DNA of 32,000 bases from an uncultured Prolixibacteraceae bacterium (GTDB taxonomy: Bacteria > Bacteroidota > Bacteroidia > Bacteroidales > Prolixibacteraceae). The stretch is taken from the NCBI GenBank assembly GCA_942491975.1, contig CALOCY010000004.1, positions 1,193,762 to 1,225,761 on the forward strand. Direction: 5' to 3'. Within the stretch, counting starts at the first letter, position 1; each line of letters opens with the position of its first letter. Both the position numbers and the translations under genes were made by a program. The notes under the pieces are model-generated. The model ran no database searches, was not told the origin of the DNA, and worked only from the letters and a program-made list of their open reading frames with translations. Positions 21,692-28,100 of this stretch are shown piece after piece.

Positions 21692-22720
21692 TTACATCGA
21701 ACCCTTTAATTCTTCAGAATATTGAGCTAATAAATCCTTAAATTTTGTTAATGTTTGTTGCATGTCCAACTGCGATTCACCCCCCGAGGCATTCAAATGG
21801 CCTCCCCCGTCGAAATGCATGGCCGCAAATTTATTGGTGGCAAAAGCCCCTTTCGACCTGAACGAAATTTTTATCCGGTCATCCTTTTCCATAAACAGTG
21901 CCGTGAACACCACCCCTTTAATGGAGAGCGGATAGTTAACAAAACCTTCGGTATCGCCCGGCTGAAATTTATAGTTGGCCAACTCTTCACGTGTAATACT
22001 TATAAAAGCTGTGTTCCATTCGGGCAGGTATACCATTTTTTCATTCAAACAATATCCCAATAATTGCATCCTGTTATGGGAAAAGTTATCGTATATATTG
22101 GCATGTATCCGGTCTTTGTCGATGCCCAACATCAATAACTCACCCACTATCTCAAAAATACGCGGTTTTGGTGTGTTGTAACTCAATGCCCCCGTATCGG
22201 TAAGGATGCCTGCAAAAAGAGCTTCAGCTATTGGTCGGTCCAATAAGTTGCGGTTGCCCGTTTCTACAATAAGTTCATACACCAATTCGGCAGTTGCACT
22301 TGCCCCGGTGTCTGAGATTATAAAATCGGCATAACCGTCAGGATTGGGATGATGATCAATAAGTATTTTTGTCCCGGTAAACTTTTCGCAATGTTCAAAC
22401 ATATCCCCACAACGCCGCACCTCGTTAAAATCGACCAAAAAGAGCATATCTGCTTTTGAGAGGTAATCAATAGCGGTATATTTTTGTTTGAAGAACACCA
22501 CCACATGTTCCTGTCCCGGAATCCAATGCAAATTTTCAGGATAATCATTGGGTACCAGCACTTTCACCTGTTTTTCCCTCTTTTTTAAGAAGAGCGCCAG
22601 TGCCAGTGCCGATCCTATTGCATCCCCGTCAGGGTTCACATGGGGAATAATTACAATTTTGTTGCTTTGCTGCAGTGCCTGTTGTATACCTGCAATAATC
22701 TCTTTATCAATTCGTTCCAA
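21692..22720 (-). CDS. nrnA: DHH/DHHA1 phosphoesterase, bifunctional oligoribonuclease/pAp phosphatase NrnA
   Basis: DHH-family motifs HVNPDGDAIGS, LVDFN and LIDHHPN, with the DHHA1 motif GGGHLNASGG near the C-terminus. 342 aa. Confidence 0.88.
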   Translation of the reverse strand: MERIDKEIIAGIQQALQQSNKIVIIPHVNPDGDAIGSALALALFLKKREKQVKVLVPNDYPENLHWIPGQEHVVVFFKQKYTAIDYLSKADMLFLVDFNEVRRCGDMFEHCEKFTGTKILIDHHPNPDGYADFIISDTGASATAELVYELIVETGNRNLLDRPIAEALFAGILTDTGALSYNTPKPRIFEIVGELLMLGIDKDRIHANIYDNFSHNRMQLLGYCLNEKMVYLPEWNTAFISITREELANYKFQPGDTEGFVNYPLSIKGVVFTALFMEKDDRIKISFRSKGAFATNKFAAMHFDGGGHLNASGGESQLDMQQTLTKFKDLLAQYSEELKGSM

Positions 22721-22744
22721 TTCTTCTGTTTTTTCAGCGAATTA

Positions 22745-22752
22745 CAAAGATA
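22745..22752 (-). promoter_or_regulatory. -7 box TATCTTTG upstream of nrnA
   Basis: The plus-strand CAAAGATA is an exact TAnnTTTG on the minus strand. It lies 25 nt upstream of the nrnA ATG. Confidence 0.4.
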
Positions 22753-22836
22753 TACAATCTCTAAACATTCCACTTCGGTTTTTTGCCATAATTTTACTAT
22801 TTTAGAACAAGCCGAAACCGAAAAAAAATCGCCACA

Positions 22837-23256
22837 ATGGCATTGAACTATACATTCACCATTATAAAGCCTGCAGCATTCAGCAAAAATCAGACAGGTT
22901 CGATATTAAAAGTAATCAATGAAAACGGGTTTCGTATCCGGGCCATGAAAATGACACAGCTCATCTATGAAGAAGCGGCACGGTTTTATCAGGTACACAA
23001 AGATCAGCCTTTTTTCGAAGAGTTGATTGATTTTATGATCTCGGGGCCGGTATTGCTGGCTATTCTTGAAAAGGAGAATGCCGTAAAAGAATACCGAAAG
23101 CTTATTGGAAATACCGATCCGGGCAAGGCCCAACAGGGGACTATCCGTAAAATGTTTGCCGAATCAAAAACACACAATGCCGTACATGGCTCCGATTCTG
23201 ACGAGAATGCAAAGCATGAAGCCGATTTTTTCTTTTCAAAATATGAGCGTTTTTAA
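22837..23256 (+). CDS. ndk: Nucleoside-diphosphate kinase
   Basis: 139 aa. Motifs TFTIIKPAAF, FYQVHKDQPFFEELIDFMISGPV, GTIRKMFA and the catalytic NAVHGSDS. Confidence 0.95.
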   Translation: MALNYTFTIIKPAAFSKNQTGSILKVINENGFRIRAMKMTQLIYEEAARFYQVHKDQPFFEELIDFMISGPVLLAILEKENAVKEYRKLIGNTDPGKAQQGTIRKMFAESKTHNAVHGSDSDENAKHEADFFFSKYERF

Positions 23257-23402
23257 AGAAAAACAGATTGCTGGATTTTGAGATCACTAAATTTTCAGCA
23301 CCAATCCATCTCCGGCCTCCGGTTTCCTGTTTTTCTTTCATGTAGGTTTAATAAAAGAGCCAGAAGTGACATAAAACATGTTTACATGAATTTTTAATTG
23401 TA

Positions 23403-23410
23403 TATTTTTG
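23403..23410 (+). promoter_or_regulatory. -7 box TATTTTTG upstream of the class-V PLP enzyme gene
   Basis: Exact TAnnTTTG located 59 nt upstream of ATG 23469. Confidence 0.35.
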
Positions 23411-23468
23411 CAAAAAATTATCGGATTATACCGATTTTCAAGGTTTATAAGACATTAACAGGGAAGAG

Positions 23469-24944
23469 ATGAGCAATCTGGAAAAATACTTTAAACGGTT
23501 CCGCAAAAATATTATTGGTATAAACCAATGTTTCACCAGTGCCTGTGGCAGGCAAAAAATAGTGTATGCCGACTGGATTGCAAGCGGAAGGCTTTATGGC
23601 CCGATAGAGAAGAAATTACAACAGGATTTTGCCCCGTTTGTGGGAAATACCCATACCGAAACCAGCGAAACCGGTGCCCGGATGACCCGTGCCTACCATT
23701 GGGCACACGAAATCATTAAAACACATGTAAATGCAGGGGCTAACGATGTAATTATCACTGCAGGATTTGGCATGACTGCAGTAGTGAACAAATTTCAACG
23801 AATACTTGGGTTAAAATATTGCGGGAACATTGCCAACCAGGGAAAATGTATTAAAGAACGTGAACGCCCGGTGGTATTTATCACCCACATGGAACACCAC
23901 TCGAACCACACTTCATGGTACGAAACCAGTGCCGATGTAGTGGTGGTTGAGCCGGGGGAAAGCCTGTTGGTAGACCCCGAAAACCTGCGAAAAAAACTGG
24001 AAGAGTACAAAGACCGGAAATTCAAGATCGGCTCATTTTCGGCCTGTTCAAATGTTACAGGTATTCACACCCCATACCACCAGTTAGCACGTATCATGCA
24101 CGAATATGGCGGTGTATGTTTTATCGATTTTGCCGCTTCTGCACCTTACGATAATATGGATATGCACCCCGAAGACCCGATGGAGAAGCTGGATGCGATC
24201 ATGTTCTCACCACACAAATTTCTGGGCGGCCCCGGATCATCAGGGGTACTAATATTTGATGCCTCACTCTATAAAAGCGAGGTGCCCGACCAACCCGGGG
24301 GGGGGACAGTGGACTGGACCAACCCGTGGGGCGAATACAAGTACGTAGAGGATATTGAATTACGCGAAGATGGCGGCACACCGGGCTTCCTGCAGGCAAT
24401 ACGTACAGCCCTTTGCATAAAACTGAAAGAGCAAATGGGCACCCAAAATATCCGGGAACGGGAAGAGGAACTCATGAAGATTGCATTTGCAGGGCTGGAC
24501 AGCATACCGGGAATACGTATCCTGGCCAATACCGAAAGGGAGCGGCTGGGCATTATCTCGTTTTACGCCGAAAATATCCACTACAACCTGTTGGTAAAAC
24601 TCCTGAACGACCGTTACGGCATCCAAACCCGCGGCGGATGTGCCTGTGCAGGCACTTACGGACATTTTCTGTTGGAGGTGAGCTGGGAAACATCACACAA
24701 AATCACGCAAAGCATCAACCTGGGCGACCTGTCGCAAAAACCGGGCTGGGTAAGGTGGTCAACGCACCCCACCATGACCGGCAAAGAGGTGCAGCTGTTT
24801 GTCCGTGCAACAGAAGATATTGTAACGAATATAGAAAAATACCAGGAAGACTATATCTACAGCCCGAAAACCAACAGTTTTACCCACAAAAATGAACCAA
24901 TCCCGCAAACCGGCATGGAAAAGATGTTTCAATTAAAAAAATGA
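23469..24944 (+). CDS. Aminotransferase class V-fold PLP-dependent enzyme (cysteine desulfurase/selenocysteine lyase-like, long form)
   Basis: NTHTETSETG, ITAGFGMTAVVN, the PLP-lysine context FSPHKFLGGPGSSGVL, and C-terminal RGGCACAG. At 491 aa it is longer than IscS/SufS. Confidence 0.75.
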   Translation: MSNLEKYFKRFRKNIIGINQCFTSACGRQKIVYADWIASGRLYGPIEKKLQQDFAPFVGNTHTETSETGARMTRAYHWAHEIIKTHVNAGANDVIITAGFGMTAVVNKFQRILGLKYCGNIANQGKCIKERERPVVFITHMEHHSNHTSWYETSADVVVVEPGESLLVDPENLRKKLEEYKDRKFKIGSFSACSNVTGIHTPYHQLARIMHEYGGVCFIDFAASAPYDNMDMHPEDPMEKLDAIMFSPHKFLGGPGSSGVLIFDASLYKSEVPDQPGGGTVDWTNPWGEYKYVEDIELREDGGTPGFLQAIRTALCIKLKEQMGTQNIREREEELMKIAFAGLDSIPGIRILANTERERLGIISFYAENIHYNLLVKLLNDRYGIQTRGGCACAGTYGHFLLEVSWETSHKITQSINLGDLSQKPGWVRWSTHPTMTGKEVQLFVRATEDIVTNIEKYQEDYIYSPKTNSFTHKNEPIPQTGMEKMFQLKK

Positions 24945-25199
24945 AGTATAAGTCCATTCAACGGGAAAAACCTGCCACATATTTCAATCCTATTTTTTTG
25001 TTAAAATTGATGATTCTGAGTGTTTTATGTTCCATTATTTTATAACTTGCATTGCCTATTGAAAAAAATTAAAGATCTAATTGTACAAATTTGACCTGCC
25101 CTCCCGAAGAGGTGGTTGGTAAAAGGGGTGTTGGAAGTGACGGTCAGGTACTATTTATGCGTTAAAACTTTTTAAACCACTTTGCCTAAACCATCAATC

Positions 25200-28100
25200 A
25201 TGAAAAAAATTCTATGTTGTTTATCGTTTGTTTTTTGTTTCTGCTGTGCTTTTTATGCATCAGCACAAAACACCGTTATTGATTTTGATGACTTAACATC
25301 TGGGACTGCTATACCTAGTGGCTATGGCGGATTTAATTGGGATGCTGGGGTTGTTAGTACTGGTGGCCCGCATTCAGGCACAAATCATGCAGGTTATAGT
25401 TTCTCTCCTGGTACTGTAACAAAAGTTTCAGGATCATTTACCTTAGTAGAAATATGGGTTAAAGGATCACCTGGAACAGTTGACGTTACAGGATATAAAA
25501 GCGGTGGGGGAACTGTAACTACTTCATTTACAGTTAATGGAACTTACGCAAAAAAGACATTTGCAAACTTTAATAACCTGACCTCAGTCGTATTTGATAT
25601 GCGACTGTATAATGATTGGTATATTGATGATTTTACCTATAGTGATGATCCTGAAATCAATTTGGTTGGGAATGGTAATACTATTGATGACGGGGAAACC
25701 ACTCCTTCAGCCGCTGATGATACTGATTTTGGAAGCTATGATGTCGGGGCAGGAAGTATTAGTAATACTTTTACCATACAAAACACCGGGGAATCAAGTT
25801 TATCGCTTACAGGAACACCCCTGGTAGCATTAAGTAATGGAACTGATTTTACCATTACACAACCCTCTCCAACATCTCCATTATCCATAGCAGCAGGAGG
25901 TTCAACAACATTTGCTGTTGCTTTTGACCCTACAACTACCGGCACTAAAACAGATACCATAAGCATTGCCAATAACGATGCGGACGAAAACCCCTACACT
26001 TTTGTCATTACAGGAGAGGGCATTTCCAGCTCGGAAATAAACCTGAAACAAGGCAGCACCAACATTGCTGATGGAGGCAGCCATGATTTTGGCGACAAAG
26101 CATTGGATAGTAATAATGATCTGACATTTACCATTGAAAATAATGGAACAGGGGCCTTAAGCCTAACCGGGACACCTGATAAGGTATCCATAACAGGAGC
26201 AGATGCCGGCCAGTTTAGTATTGATGAAACAGGTACTACATCTCCGGTAGCTGCATCAGGGGGAACTACTACTTTTACCATACGTTTTAAACCAACCACA
26301 ACAGGAGATAAAACAGCTACGATAACTATAGCAAACAATGACTCAAATGAAGATCCGTATAATTTTACCATAACAGGAAAAGGTATACCTGCCACGGCAG
26401 AGATGAACCTGAAACAGGGTGCCACTGATATTGCAGATGGAGGTTCTTATGATTTTGGCTTACAAACACACAATACCAATACCGATATTGTATTTACCAT
26501 TGAAAACCTGGGGGCAACCAACCTTACCCTGACCACCCCTTTAACAATTACAGGAGCAGATGCTGGCCAGTTCACGGTTCAGGAAGACCCCTCTTCTACA
26601 GAATTGGCATACGGTGAAACAACCACCTTTACCGTGCGCTTTACCCCCACATCGGAAGGGGGCAAAACAGCAACCATCGCCATTGGGAATAACGACAATA
26701 ATGAGAACACCTACGACCTGAACCTAAATGGATCAGGCACTCCCAATACTTACATTTATTTTGATGACATTACCACAGAAGCAACAGCAAGTGTTCCTTC
26801 TCCCTATAAAGGATTTACCGGCTGGAACGCTGTTAAAAGAGATGGAATTCCGGGTTTTACTCCTAACTCCCCTTCGGGTGAATATCAGGTAACACAAGAC
26901 TACCGTGCACATGAAGTAAGTATTGTTTCAGGAACGTTTAATCTGGTAGAGTTGCAGGCTGCTCTCTATATTGCAGGTGTCTCAACAACAGTTACAGTAA
27001 CAGGATATATAAATGGCGGCGGGACAGTTAGTGAGTCATTTACCCTTACATCAACCAACTACAGCAAACAAACATTTACCACCCTGAATAACCTGACCAA
27101 AATTGAATTTACTGCCTCTGCAGTTGGTAGAGACTGGTGTTTTGATGATTTTGCATACAACCAGGCAAAAGAGATCAACCTTACAGGAAAAGGAAACGAT
27201 ATTGCTGATGGGGATACCACGCCTTCAACTACCGATGATACCGATTTTGGAAGCTACGATATATGGGCGGGCAGTGTAAGCCATACCTTTACCATACAAA
27301 ATACAGGCTCTTCAGCCTTATCGCTTACCGGTACCCCTTTGGTAACCCTAAGCGACTCAACGGATTTTACCATTACACAACCCTCTTCATCATCTCTGGC
27401 AGCAGGAGGTTCAACAACATTTACCATTGCTTTTGACCCGACAACTACCGGCACAAAAACAGATACCGTAAGCATTGCCAATGACGATTCGGATGAAAAT
27501 CCGTACACTTTTGTTATAAAAGGTGAAGCCATTGCCAGTTCGGAAATGAATATAAAACAGGGAACTACCCCTGTTGCAGATAATAGTGGAAGCCACAACT
27601 TTGGCATCAAACCGTTAAACAGCAATACGGATGTAACCTTTACCATTGAAAATCTTGGCTCGGCAGCATTAGACCTTACAGGGACACCGGACAAGGTAGT
27701 TATAACAGGCACAGATGCAGGCCAGTTTAGTGTTGAGACAGATGCAACATCCACTGTAGACACATTGGGAAGCACTACTTTCACTGTACGTTTTACCCCG
27801 ACCACAACCGGTGATAAAACAGCTGTTATATCCATCGCAAATGATGATCCTGATGAAAATCCGTATAATTTTACCATCACGGGAAAAGGGATACCTGCCA
27901 CGGCAGAAATGAACCTGAAACAGGGCACTACAGGCATTGCCGATGGCGGAACATACGATTTCGGACGGGAAACAAACAATACAAATACCGATATAACCTT
28001 TACCATTGAAAACCTGGGGGCAACAGACCTCACACTAACCACACCCTTTGAAATTACAGGTGCGGATGCAGGTCAATTTAGTATTCAAACCCAACCCTCT

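Noticed and set aside
24413-24895. 160-aa alternative-frame ORF (Arg/Pro/Gly-rich) inside the class-V enzyme gene
   Set aside because: It is an off-frame product of a well-supported gene, and its composition is typical of frame-shifted translation.
25182-25199. TTG start for the giant gene. Analogous upstream non-ATG starts occur at 3528, 4475, 12815 and 16931.
   Set aside because: In each case an in-frame ATG a few codons downstream gives a canonical signal peptide or N-terminus. At 16931 the TTG overlaps the predicted -7 promoter box.
24945-25199. A possible structured leader or riboswitch, or an invertible promoter, upstream of the giant gene
   Set aside because: Only weak 5-bp complementarities are present (TGACC/GGTCA). 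I found no flanking inverted repeats and no nearby recombinase. The G-rich patch does not match any riboswitch core I recognise.
27254-28042. 262-aa minus-strand ORF, plus similar ones at 25736-25972, 25994-26425, 28562-28981, 29213-29473 and 30308-30691, all inside the giant gene
   Set aside because: These are antisense shadows of the repeat-rich sense frame. Their products are V/S/P/M-rich low complexity that simply mirrors the sense repeats. They have no signal peptide or motifs. The plus-strand frame is continuous for 5.9 kb with coherent domains.
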